Below are positions 25,413-36,694 of a stretch of 64,000 nucleotides of DNA, in pieces. Source of the stretch: an uncultured Deinococcaceae bacterium (GTDB lineage Bacteria > Deinococcota > Deinococci > Deinococcales > Deinococcaceae); assembly GCA_963714515.1 (NCBI GenBank), contig CAVQOU010000001.1:205637-269636 (forward strand), given 5' to 3'. Made by a program: the position numbers and the translations under genes. Position 1 is the first letter of the stretch; each line of letters begins with the position of its first letter. Below the pieces are notes generated by a model. It had not been told where the DNA came from and did not search any database. It saw nothing but the letters and a program-made list of their open reading frames with translations.

Positions 25413-26971
25413 GTGACCGCTGCTTGCCCGGATACTTGCTCCTGCGGCGGCTCGGCGGCCCGTCCGGGGCGTCGCCGACCGAACTGCTCACCGTCCGTGA
25501 ACAGGCCCAGGTACGTTTGCCGCACCGCCTCCGAGAAGGTCGGATACGAGACGGGCAGCAGCGCCAGCTTGGCCGGGTGAACGCCCAGGCGACTGGGCAG
25601 GCTGAGCAGTTGAATGAGTTCTCCGGCGCGGCTGCCGACCACCTGCGCCCCGACCACCTGCAGACCCAGCGGTGAGCCAAACCAGCCGCTCAAAGCCACC
25701 AGCTTGACGAAGCCGCTTTCCTGCTCAGTGTGCGCCCGGTCCAGGTGCGAGAAGTCGTAGTCCACGACCATCACCCGCCCCCCGTACTGCTTCACCGCCT
25801 CCGCCTCGGTCAGCCCCCAGTGGCCAATCTCGGGTTCGGTGTACGTCACCCAGGGAATGTTCTCCACCCGGGCCGCCGGAGCGCGGAGGGTCGCCGCCGC
25901 CCTCCCCCACCAGGCCAGCGATCCCAGCCCGGCCAGCGTGCCGCGCTCGGTCGCGCCGTGGGTGAACATCGGGCCGCCCACCACGTCGCCCGCGCCCCAG
26001 AGGTAGTGGCAGGTGGTGGACTGCATGTTGGGGTTGACCTTGAGCCCTTTCTCGTCGTACTCGGCCCCGATAATCTCCAGCCCCAGCTCCCCCACACGCG
26101 GCCGTTTGCCCACGGCGACCAGCAGGTGCGAGCCGTCTACGCTGCCGCCACCTTTGAAGTGGAGGCGCATGCCGTCAGGCTGCCGCTCGGCCCGCACGAC
26201 ATCCGCGTTCAGCTTGACGTCTGCGCCGTCGGCCCGCAGCACTTTGAGCAGCGCCGCCGACGCTTCCGGCTCGTCCTTGTCGATCAGCCGCCCACCCCGC
26301 TGAATCAGCGTTACGCGGCTGCCGAGGCGCACGAACGCCTGCGACAACTCACAGCCAATCGGACCGCCGCCCAGGATCAGCAGGTGTTCTGGGCGCTGCA
26401 GCACATCAAAAATGGTTTCGTGGGTCAGGTAGGGCACGTCCGCGAGGCCTTCAATCTCTGGAATGATTGCCTCCGACCCGGTGGCCATCACAAACTTCTC
26501 GGCCATCACCGTGCGCGTCCCCGCCTCGCTGCGCACTTCCAGCACGTGCGGCGAAACGAAACGGGCCTCACCTCCGATCACCTGCACGCCGCGTTTCTGA
26601 ATGGAGGCGGGCGAGTCGACGTCTTCAAAGCTGTCAATAATGCCGCGCACCTGCGCCTGAATGAGCGCCCAGTCCGGCTCTCTCGAAACAGTCAGCCCCA
26701 GCGCCGCGCTTTGCCGGGCCGCGTGGACCTGTTTGGCGAGGGCCAGCAGCGCCTTGGATGGGATGCAGCCGGTAAAGGTGCATTCGCCGCCGGTTCGCAA
26801 GCGCTCGATCAGCAGCACCCGCTTCTTGGTGGAGGCCGCGACCAGCGCCGCCGTCAACCCGCCGGAGCCTGCCCCGATCACGACGACATCGGCTTTGAGT
26901 GGGGTGGTGCCTGTTGGAGGAACAGCCCAGGCATACTGCTCAGGGCCATCTTGCTGGAGATGCTCGGACAT
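25409..26971 (-). CDS. Pyridine nucleotide-disulfide oxidoreductase (LpdA/MerA-like, no metal-binding Cys pair)
   Basis: GAGSGG, GGECTFTGCIPSK, GGGPIGCE, AGDV, YPTFSE; AGGAG RBS. Confidence 0.9.
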   Translation of the reverse strand: MSEHLQQDGPEQYAWAVPPTGTTPLKADVVVIGAGSGGLTAALVAASTKKRVLLIERLRTGGECTFTGCIPSKALLALAKQVHAARQSAALGLTVSREPDWALIQAQVRGIIDSFEDVDSPASIQKRGVQVIGGEARFVSPHVLEVRSEAGTRTVMAEKFVMATGSEAIIPEIEGLADVPYLTHETIFDVLQRPEHLLILGGGPIGCELSQAFVRLGSRVTLIQRGGRLIDKDEPEASAALLKVLRADGADVKLNADVVRAERQPDGMRLHFKGGGSVDGSHLLVAVGKRPRVGELGLEIIGAEYDEKGLKVNPNMQSTTCHYLWGAGDVVGGPMFTHGATERGTLAGLGSLAWWGRAAATLRAPAARVENIPWVTYTEPEIGHWGLTEAEAVKQYGGRVMVVDYDFSHLDRAHTEQESGFVKLVALSGWFGSPLGLQVVGAQVVGSRAGELIQLLSLPSRLGVHPAKLALLPVSYPTFSEAVRQTYLGLFTDGEQFGRRRPGRAAEPPQEQVSGQAAVT

Positions 26972-27009
26972 GTGGCTCCTCGGCGAGCGACTTGCAGATG
27001 AAGAGCGTT

Positions 27010-27027
27010 CTGAATTACATAATTCAG
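27010..27027. promoter_or_regulatory. 18-bp near-palindrome CTGAATTACATAATTCAG, candidate parS
   Basis: One mismatch to the perfect copy at 28762; just downstream of parB. Confidence 0.65.
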
Positions 27028-27059
27028 GACGAGCGGTGTGGGGCGGAATACCGTCGAAC

Positions 27060-28031
27060 TCAGCTTGAACGACGTTCTTCGGTTTCCTCGCCAAGCAAGG
27101 TGTTGAGTTCGTTCAGCAGGGCCTCGGCGCGTTGACGGCGCTCAGCCGGTAAACGGGACAGGCGGCGGGTGGAGAGTTTTTTTCTGACGCTCATCAGCGG
27201 CGTGGCAGCGGCCTGAAGCGCTGGTTGAAGCTGGGCCACCGCTTCGCGAAGTTGGGCGTGGGTCAGAGCCTGGTTGCTTGCTTTCCTCAGCAGCGCCGCG
27301 TGATGGGCTTTGGGCGCACGGGCAATCAGCAGCGCTTTGCTGTAATCGAGTCGGCCACCTTGTACGGCTTGAACCAGGCCTGACGGCAACCGCAGGGCGG
27401 GAAGGCCATTGGTGACAAAAGAGCGCCACTGCTCGCGGCCGAGTTGGGTGAACAGCTCTTCTAGCTGGGTGACCTGTTCCGGCTGACTGCCGGGCTGGGC
27501 GCGGAGCTGCTTGAGCAACAGCACGGCGTCGTCCGGCGTCGTTTCAAAAAGCTGGGCCACCAGGCGGAGCTTGTAAGTCACCTCGTCGTAGCGGTTGAGA
27601 TCTTCGCGCTGCAAGTTCTCTACCGCCGAAATGACTTCAGCTTCGGCCGCGCTCAGCTCACGGATGATAACTGGAACATCACCCAGGCCGGCTTGCTGGG
27701 CGGCCCGCCAGCGGCGTTCACCGTAGACAATTTCGTATTTATGATCCGCCGAACTGCCGCCGCTCTGCTCAGGGGAAAGCGGCCTCACCATCAGCGGCTG
27801 AAGAACCCCGCGTTCCTTGATGCTCTCGGCGAGTTGAGTAAGCGAGCCCTGGTCAAAGTAGCGGCGCGGCTGGCGTGGGTTGGGGACCAGGGCGCTTATG
27901 GGCAAACGCTGGGTCTCGGCAGCACGGTCGTCAGCAGGGAGGCTGGCTCCCGAAAACTGCAGTGAACGGCTGAGCAAGTTGCCGAGGCCGCCCGAGGGCT
28001 GAGCGGGTTTTTGAAAGCGGTTCTTGGTCAT
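27060..28031 (-). CDS. parB: ParB/Spo0J family partition protein
   Basis: PNPRQPRRYF, GVLQPL, YGERRWRAA, ENLQREDL. Confidence 0.95.
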   Translation of the reverse strand: MTKNRFQKPAQPSGGLGNLLSRSLQFSGASLPADDRAAETQRLPISALVPNPRQPRRYFDQGSLTQLAESIKERGVLQPLMVRPLSPEQSGGSSADHKYEIVYGERRWRAAQQAGLGDVPVIIRELSAAEAEVISAVENLQREDLNRYDEVTYKLRLVAQLFETTPDDAVLLLKQLRAQPGSQPEQVTQLEELFTQLGREQWRSFVTNGLPALRLPSGLVQAVQGGRLDYSKALLIARAPKAHHAALLRKASNQALTHAQLREAVAQLQPALQAAATPLMSVRKKLSTRRLSRLPAERRQRAEALLNELNTLLGEETEERRSS

Positions 28032-28723
28032 GCTTCTCCAAAGGCATCTTTGATTTCCGCCCAGATGGCGGCAAACTGGGTGAGTTCGCTGGGCGTTTGC
28101 CCGAAGACTTTTTCGTAGGCGCTCAACGATTTGATCACGGTGTTCAGACGGGGGTGGGCATTGAGCGCGGCGTTGGCTTCGTGGGCCATGCCCTTGCGGG
28201 CGTCAAAGCGGTTGAGGACAATGGCGTAATTAAAGCTCTCAAGCGCCGCCTCGAGGTCGGCGAGCAGCTCTAAGGTGGTGGCGAGCCGGTCCACATCCAG
28301 CCCGGTCGGCAGCACCGGCACCAGTACCACGTCAGCTACGGTGGCCGCACTCTTGAGCACCTCGCGGTTGTTGGGCGGCGTGTCAATAATAACGGTGTGG
28401 CCCGCCTTGGCCAGCTCGCGGGCTTGCCGCATCAGGGTATTGCGCTCGGCGGCCACCACCCCAAAGGGCAAGCTGATCTGGTCGGCGGCGGCGTGCTGTT
28501 TCCAGCGCATGGCGCTGATTTCCTCGTCGGCGTCCAGCACCACCACCCCGGAGCGCTCCTGGGCGATGGCCGCCGCCAGATGCATCGCCAGGGTGGTCTT
28601 GCCCACGCCGCCTTTTAAACTGGTAAGCGCAATGATCATGCCGGAAGGCGCAGCTGGCGCTGCTGAACTCCGGCTCGGTGCAGCCTTTGATTCTGCGGCG
28701 TTTCCCATTTTTTTGCGGGTCAT
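28028..28723 (-). CDS. parA: ParA family ATPase (short, plasmid-type)
   Basis: KGGVGKTT deviant Walker A, LDAD, IIDTPP; ATGA overlap with parB. Confidence 0.95.
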   Translation of the reverse strand: MTRKKMGNAAESKAAPSRSSAAPAAPSGMIIALTSLKGGVGKTTLAMHLAAAIAQERSGVVVLDADEEISAMRWKQHAAADQISLPFGVVAAERNTLMRQARELAKAGHTVIIDTPPNNREVLKSAATVADVVLVPVLPTGLDVDRLATTLELLADLEAALESFNYAIVLNRFDARKGMAHEANAALNAHPRLNTVIKSLSAYEKVFGQTPSELTQFAAIWAEIKDAFGEA

Positions 28724-28761
28724 GGCTGGAGCGTAGCGAGCTGCGAGGAGAAAGGCAAGCG

Positions 28762-28779
28762 CTGAATTACGTAATTCAG
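28762..28779. promoter_or_regulatory. Perfect 18-bp palindrome CTGAATTACGTAATTCAG, candidate parS or autoregulatory site
   Basis: AT-rich perfect palindrome about 40 bp upstream of parA. Confidence 0.7.
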
Positions 28780-28813
28780 GCCGGAACCCTGAACGAAGAA
28801 GCCGGAGTGCTCC

Positions 28814-29695
28814 TCAGGGCTGTGACCCGTGTTCCACCTGAAGCTCAGCCAATACTGCCTTGAGCAGATCGGGCCGGTCGGTATCGATGCCGTCTATGCC
28901 CATCAGTAGCAGACGGCGCATCTCGGCCGGGTCGTTGATGGTCCAGACCTGCACCGCCACGCCGCGCCGGTGCATCTGGCGCACGAAGCTGGGCGTCACG
29001 ACTTCTATGCCCCCGGAGCGCACCGGCACCTGGGCGGTCTGCCCCGGCGCTCCTGCCAGACCCGCCAGGCCCAGCTTGCTGAGCAGCACCAGCGGGCGAA
29101 GTTCGCTCTCGGTCATGCTGGTGGCGACCTCGGGACAGGCGGCGCGGAAGTCCCGCATGGCCTTGTCGCTGAAGCTGGCGACCATCACTCTGCCGGTCAT
29201 CCCATGCTGCCGGAGGACCGCGCAGAAGGGCTGAGCAATGCTGGGCGTGTCCTGCTTGATCTCAATCGTCCAAGGCAAGTCGGGGTGGGCGCTCAGCGCT
29301 TCATCGAGCGTGGGAATCCTCAGCCCCTGTCCCCGGTACGGGTAAGTCTGCCCGCCGTCGGGGGTGAAGCTGTAGCCGGCGTCGAGGGTCTTGAGCTGCG
29401 CCAGCGTCAGGTCACGGATTGCGCCGTGCCCATCGGTCAGGCGGTCCACCGTGTCGTCGTGCGCGAGCACCAGCGCTCCGTCTTTGGTGGCATGCATATC
29501 GGTGTTGAGCATCTGCACGCCGAGCCTGGCGGCGTTGTCAAAGGCCAGCAGGGTGTTGCTGGGCCACAGGGCCTCGCCGCCCTGATGGGCCAGAATCCAG
29601 GCCGGGGAAGTGATGTAGGGGTTCTCGGCGGCTGGTGTTGGTGAGCAGGCCGAGAGCGTGGCGGTCAGGAACAGTCCAACCCACAGGGAGCGCAT
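28814..29695 (-). CDS. Glycerophosphodiester phosphodiesterase family lipoprotein
   Basis: LSAC lipobox, AHQGG..PSNT, HD.TVDR, IEIK, VWTIND, GIDTDRP. Confidence 0.88.
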   Translation of the reverse strand: MRSLWVGLFLTATLSACSPTPAAENPYITSPAWILAHQGGEALWPSNTLLAFDNAARLGVQMLNTDMHATKDGALVLAHDDTVDRLTDGHGAIRDLTLAQLKTLDAGYSFTPDGGQTYPYRGQGLRIPTLDEALSAHPDLPWTIEIKQDTPSIAQPFCAVLRQHGMTGRVMVASFSDKAMRDFRAACPEVATSMTESELRPLVLLSKLGLAGLAGAPGQTAQVPVRSGGIEVVTPSFVRQMHRRGVAVQVWTINDPAEMRRLLLMGIDGIDTDRPDLLKAVLAELQVEHGSQP

Positions 29696-29738
29696 GCCCC
29701 CAGCATACGGCTTGCGGCTTGCCATTTACCCGGCGGGC

Positions 29739-30122
29739 CTACTCGCGGACGTGGTCCAGGGCGCTGCCGATCAGGCCGTTGACGTGCTGATCGAGCAAGC
29801 GGTAGTAGGCCACCCGGCCCGCCTTACGAAACGTCACCAGGCGGTGCGCCCGCAAGAGCCGCAATTGGTGGCTCACCGCGCTCTCGCTGAGACCCACCAC
29901 CGCCGCCAGATCGCAGACGCACAGTTCGCGGGCGTTCAGGGCGCTCAGCAGCCGCAGCCGGGTGGGGTCGGCCACCACCTTCAGCAGGGCGCTGGCGTCG
30001 TCCACGCAGCCCTGATCCGGCAGAGCGGCGCGGGCCGTCTGCACCGCCTCCGGGTGAACGCAGGCCTCCCCGCACAGATCGTCTGCGGGCAAGGAAGAGG
30101 GAAGTTGAGAAGCGCTTCTCAT
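29739..30122 (-). CDS. ArsR/SmtB (CadC/ZiaR-like) metal-responsive repressor
   Basis: N-terminal C...[23 protein letters not shown], alpha5-type D.H...H..E. Confidence 0.92.
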   Translation of the reverse strand: MRSASQLPSSLPADDLCGEACVHPEAVQTARAALPDQGCVDDASALLKVVADPTRLRLLSALNARELCVCDLAAVVGLSESAVSHQLRLLRAHRLVTFRKAGRVAYYRLLDQHVNGLIGSALDHVRE

Positions 30123-30157
30123 CCCGGCAGTTTAGCGCCTGACGGCGAAAGAGGGCG

Positions 30158-31061
30158 TCAGGGGTGCAGCTCGCCGTGATCGTGGTGGTCCCCGCTCTCC
30201 GCGTGCAACCCCGGCGCTTCAATCTGCACCGTGCTGTGGTCCAGGTCGTACTGCCGGGCCACCGCCTGCACCCGTTCCAGCAGATCGGCGGGCGGAGCGT
30301 CGGACACCAGATGGGCCGTTAGGTTGTGCTGGCCGCTGGTCACGCTCCAGACGTGCAGATCGTGAACCTCGCGGACGGCGGGGAGTTTCTCCAGTTGCGA
30401 GCGCAGGGCGTCCAGGTTCAGCTCTTCCGGCACGCCTTCCATCAGCACATTCACGCTGCTTTTGAGCAGGGTCCAGGTGCGCGGAATGATCCATAGCCCG
30501 ATCAAGGCCCCCAGCACCGGGTCAATCCATTCCAGGCCGGTGAAGCGGATCAGCATTGCCCCCACGATGACCGCCACCGAGCCGAGCAAATCGCCCAGCA
30601 CTTCCAGGTACGCCGACTTGACGTTGAGACTGTCCCCACTGCCCGCCACCAGCAGCCGGGCGCTGATGACGTTCACGATCAGGCCCAGCACCGCCACGAT
30701 CAGCATGGAGGTGGTCTGCACCTTCAACCGGGCTGCGTAGCCGCAGATACGCTTCATAGAGAATGTAGAGGCCAATGGCCAGCAGTGCCCCGGCATTGAG
30801 CGCCGCCGCCAGAATCTCGGCGCGGCGGTAGCCGAAAGTGCGCTGCTTGTCGGCGGGGCGCTGGCCCATCTTGATGGCAAACAACGACAGGGCCAGCGCC
30901 GCCGCGTCGGTCAGCATGTGCCCGGCGTCGGACAAGAGGGCCAGCGAACCGGAGAGAAAGCCGTAGACGACTTCCACCACCAGAAAGGTGCCCACCATTC
31001 CCAGTACGATACTGAGCTGGCGGGCATTGGCGTTCTCGCCGTGGTTGTGGCTGTGGGTCAT
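30158..31061 (-). CDS. czcD: Cation diffusion facilitator (Zn/Co/Cd); frameshift near 30740
   Basis: His-rich termini, SLALLSDAGHMLTD, TFGYRRAE, VHDLHVW, HSTVQIE. Confidence 0.88.
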
Positions 31062-31110
31062 GGAGTGGAGGCTAGCAAGCGGGTGGGCAACGCGGTTCTC
31101 TGAACGGTGG

Positions 31111-33361
<2,251 letters not shown>

Positions 33362-33384
33362 ACCCCAGTCTAACCGAGAGAGGG

Positions 33385-33408
33385 ATATATGAACAGGTGC
33401 TCAGGTGT
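33385..33408. promoter_or_regulatory. SmtB/CadC-type operator (ATATATGAACA-GG-TGCTCAGGTGT)
   Basis: TGAACA-N2-TGCTCA core just upstream of the cadA -10 (TAGACT, 33367-33372, minus strand). Confidence 0.7.
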
Positions 33409-34369
33409 TCTTTGTAGTGCTTTCGTTCAGGGCCGCCCGCGTGTGGCCGCCTGCCGCCGCCAGCCGGATGCGGGCTGCTTCCACCCCGAGCTGGCCGCGC
33501 AGCATCACGACGGCGGTCTTGACCTGCATGTCAGCCCGCTCCAGCGCGGCGAGCGCCTCGGCCTCGCTGGCTCCGCTGGCGTGCTGGGTCAGCCGCACGG
33601 CGCGGCGGCGCAGCTTGGCATTGGTCGCCATCAGGTCCACCATCAGGTTGCCGTAGACCTTGCCCAGCCGCACCATCAAGCTGCTGGAAAAGGTATTCAG
33701 GGCGATCTTCTGGGCGCTTCCGGCCTTGAGCCGGGTGCTGCCGCTGATGACTTCCGGCCCGGTGTCCAGCTCAACCGGGGCGTCCACGGCGCGGGCCAGC
33801 GGGCTGCCGGGGTTGTTGGTGACGCCGATGGTGAGCGCCCCCATCCGCCGCGCCAGTCGCACACAGGCCAGGGCATACGGGGTGGTACCGCTGGCCGCCA
33901 GCGCGATGAGCACGTCATTCGGGGTGAGCTGGGCGTCTTGCAGGTCCGTTTCGGCCAGTGCCTCGTTGTCCTCCGCGCCCTCGGCGGCCCGGAACATGGC
34001 GCTCTCGCCGCCCGCAATCAGTGTCACGAGGCGCTGAGGCGGCCACGAAAAGGTGGGCAACAATTCTACGCCGTCCAGCACGCCCAGTCGCCCGGAGGTG
34101 CCCGCGCCCACGTAGACCAAGCGCCCCTCGCCCGCCTGCAAGCGCTCGTAAGCCAGGTCCACTGCCCGCACGATTTGCGCCTCGGCCCGCGCCACCGCCT
34201 GCGCCGCCTGCTGCTGGTCTTCCGTCAGCGCCCGCACCAGCTCGAAGGTGTGGTACTCGTCCAGGCGCGGGTGCTGGGTGCTGGGCTGCTCGGTGCTGAG
34301 TTGTTCGGGTATGGGTTGTTCAGTGTTGGGCGGCGCGTAGTCGGTGTCGCCGGGCAGTGGAGTCGTCAT
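33401..34369 (-). CDS. murQ: N-acetylmuramic acid 6-phosphate etherase
   Basis: GAGTSGRLGVLD..E..PTF, AASGTTPY, GPEVISGSTRLKAG, GKVYGNLMVD. Confidence 0.95.
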   Translation of the reverse strand: MTTPLPGDTDYAPPNTEQPIPEQLSTEQPSTQHPRLDEYHTFELVRALTEDQQQAAQAVARAEAQIVRAVDLAYERLQAGEGRLVYVGAGTSGRLGVLDGVELLPTFSWPPQRLVTLIAGGESAMFRAAEGAEDNEALAETDLQDAQLTPNDVLIALAASGTTPYALACVRLARRMGALTIGVTNNPGSPLARAVDAPVELDTGPEVISGSTRLKAGSAQKIALNTFSSSLMVRLGKVYGNLMVDLMATNAKLRRRAVRLTQHASGASEAEALAALERADMQVKTAVVMLRGQLGVEAARIRLAAAGGHTRAALNESTTKNT

Positions 34370-35265
34370 CTGGGCACTCCTTCCCGCAGCAAGCCGAGTT
34401 GCTGGGCCAGTGCCGGGCCGCCCAGCAGGGGAGAGGCGCTGGACCTGAACTCGGCGGACGTCCCCAGTGACCTGCGCAGCGCCGCCAGCACCAGCGAATT
34501 GACCGCGCCGCCCGCCGCCGCGACGGGCTTGCCACTCGTGCGCCCCAGCACCACCTGACCCAGCCGCGCCAGTTCCTCTCCGGCGCGGCGCTGGATGTCG
34601 AGGGCGTCAAGGTCGCCGTCCAGGGCCGCCTTATACACGGCGGGTGCCAGGCGGGCGACGGCGGCACGGCCCCCGCCGTACACATATGCGCGGATATCGG
34701 GCCATTTCCGGCTGCCGAGGGCGGCGTAGAGCGCGGCGGCCAGCGGCGTTTCGGGCCGCTGCTCGTCCGCTTGCCGCAAGGCAGTGTTCAGGCTCTCACG
34801 ACCCTGCCAGAACGCGCTGCCCGCGTCGTCAATTAAGAAGCCGTGCCCGCCTGCCCGAACGACCTCGCCCCGCACCGTGCGGTGGTAGGCCATGCTGCCG
34901 GTGCCGGCGTAGATCAGCGTGCCTTCGCCGGGCAAGAAATGAGCGGCGTAGGCCAGATGGAGGTCGTCGGTAACGTAAATGGCGGTGGGGGAGAGATGAA
35001 ACGTCTGGGCCAGTACTTCTCGGACGAGCGGCGCGAACTCGGCCTGCAATCCAGCGATACCAGCCACCAGCGAGCCGGGTTGACCGCCCACGGCGCGGCG
35101 CAGCTCATCCAGCCCGTGTGCCAGTGCTTCCCGCGCCTCGGCAGTATAGAGGTGGCCGGAAATCGGGGCTGCCGAACCGCTGGTCTGCAACTCAGCGCCA
35201 GCAAACACGCCCCACTTGCTGCCGCTGCCGCCCAGGTCAAGGGTGAGCAGGCCGCCCCCGCTCAT
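34366..35265 (-). CDS. N-acetylglucosamine/MurNAc kinase-like (BadF/BadG/BcrA/BcrD family); start uncertain
   Basis: DLGGSGSK, GIAG, AGTGS, AGGHGFLIDDAGSAFW; ATGA overlap with murQ. Confidence 0.85.
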   Translation of the reverse strand: MSGGGLLTLDLGGSGSKWGVFAGAELQTSGSAAPISGHLYTAEAREALAHGLDELRRAVGGQPGSLVAGIAGLQAEFAPLVREVLAQTFHLSPTAIYVTDDLHLAYAAHFLPGEGTLIYAGTGSMAYHRTVRGEVVRAGGHGFLIDDAGSAFWQGRESLNTALRQADEQRPETPLAAALYAALGSRKWPDIRAYVYGGGRAAVARLAPAVYKAALDGDLDALDIQRRAGEELARLGQVVLGRTSGKPVAAAGGAVNSLVLAALRRSLGTSAEFRSSASPLLGGPALAQQLGLLREGVPR

Positions 35266-35324
35266 CACGCGCATTTCTCTGGGTTGACGGTGACCTTCAT
35301 CTGAACTCCTGTGCGGCGGCTGAG

Positions 35325-35342
35325 AGGTATTAGATTGGTATT
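35325..35342. promoter_or_regulatory. Direct-repeat operator AGGTATT-AGAT-TGGTATT (11-bp period)
   Basis: Overlaps the -10 of a minus-strand promoter TTGCAG-N17-CAAAAT (35340-35368); matches 12030-12047. Confidence 0.6.
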
Positions 35343-35375
35343 TTGGCACAGCCGCGACTGGTCTGCAAGAGGTTC

Positions 35376-35414
35376 AAAAAAGCGCGGCGGGCCAGGAGTC
35401 TTGGCCGCGCCGCG
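35376..35414 (-). terminator. Rho-independent terminator after the P450 gene
   Basis: GC-rich stem followed by T6 on the minus strand. Confidence 0.7.
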
Positions 35415-35434
35415 TCAAAAGAAAAGGTGAGCAA

Positions 35435-36694
35435 TCAGCGGGCGGCTGCCCCCGCGCCCAGCGCCACCCGAAAGCCGCGCAACTCGTAGCCCTTGACCAC
35501 TTCGTTGTAGTGCACGCTCGGCGGCATGACGATCCGCAGATCATTCCAGATGAGTAGGCGGCGCAAAAACAGGTCACTTTCCTTAATCGCCAGAAACGCG
35601 CCGGGGCAGCGGTGGTGGCCGTCGCCGAAGGCCAATACCGGGGCCTGAACGCCGCGTGGCAGGCCCCGGCCCGGACAGACTTCCAGCGGGAGAGCGCCCA
35701 CCGTCCGCTCGTCGGTGTTGGCTTCCTGCACGTTGAGCGCCAGCAAGCTGCCCTGCGGCACCTTCACGCCGTCAATGGTAATGTCCTGCTCGGCGCGGCG
35801 GTAAAGCGTGGAGACCACCGGTTCCAGCCGTAAAATCTCGTGCAGGATGGCGTGGCGCTCCCTCTCGGCGACGTGCAGGTATTCGCTTCGGAGTTCTGGG
35901 TTCTTCAGCAGGTGCCAGGCGGCGGCGCTGATAAACTCGCGCGTGGTCACCATCCCGGCGGTGCCGTAGGTGAGGCACTCGGTCAGGATTTCCACGTCGT
36001 TGTAGTCCTTGTCGATCAGGTGGCTGATCAGGTCGTCGCGGCGCTCCTTCTTGCGGGCCTGGATGGCGGGTTTGACGTCCAGGGCAAAGAACAGCGCCAG
36101 GTTGGCCTGCTGCTTGAGGGCCGCGCCCCGGCGGCGATGCTGCGCCGCGCCGGGTTCGCTGTCGCCGCCGCCGTCCACGAAGGCGGTGATGCGCCCCTCC
36201 ATGCCCGGCAGGCGGCTGCTGGTCAGGCCCACCACCTGCGCGGCCACGTTGACGGCCAGTTTGAGGCTCAAATCGTCCAGGTTGACTTCACCTCTGGCGG
36301 CCAGCTCGCCGATCAGGTCGTCGGCCAGCGCGGCGATCATCGGCTGGTAGGCGGCCACCGAGGTCGGGGTGAAGTAGCGGGCGGTGTCGCGGCGCATTGC
36401 GTGGTGCGTCTCGCCTTCGGAGAACAGCACCGGGGCCTGCTTGAGGCCGCCCATCTTGGCGGCCATCTCCGACATGAACCCGGCCTGGCGCACGCCCTCG
36501 TCTTTCAGGACCGCCCGCGCCGCCTGAAAGCTGTGGACGCGGTAGATGCCGCGCTCATCCATCTCAACGCTCGCGCCGGTCTTGGAAAGCTGGTCCTCGC
36601 GGCGGGTCAGCGGCGGAGTCACTGGACGGCCTGGATTGTGAAAGGGGCAGCCGCTCGCGGCGGGAGCGGTTCGGTCAGCAGGATCGTGGGTCAT
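35435..36694 (-). CDS. Cytochrome P450
   Basis: AGMVTT I-helix, EILR (ExxR), [10 protein letters not shown] heme motif. Confidence 0.95.
   Translation of the reverse strand: MTHDPADRTAPAASGCPFHNPGRPVTPPLTRREDQLSKTGASVEMDERGIYRVHSFQAARAVLKDEGVRQAGFMSEMAAKMGGLKQAPVLFSEGETHHAMRRDTARYFTPTSVAAYQPMIAALADDLIGELAARGEVNLDDLSLKLAVNVAAQVVGLTSSRLPGMEGRITAFVDGGGDSEPGAAQHRRRGAALKQQANLALFFALDVKPAIQARKKERRDDLISHLIDKDYNDVEILTECLTYGTAGMVTTREFISAAAWHLLKNPELRSEYLHVAERERHAILHEILRLEPVVSTLYRRAEQDITIDGVKVPQGSLLALNVQEANTDERTVGALPLEVCPGRGLPRGVQAPVLAFGDGHHRCPGAFLAIKESDLFLRRLLIWNDLRIVMPPSVHYNEVVKGYELRGFRVALGAGAAAR

Noticed and set aside
25409-26971. merA call
   Set aside because: No C-terminal Cys-Cys, no HMA domain and no merR/T/P genes nearby
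35435-36694. P450 as part of a RiPP or secondary-metabolite cluster
   Set aside because: Simple MarR-P450 pair with its own terminator; no precursor peptide or biosynthetic genes adjacent
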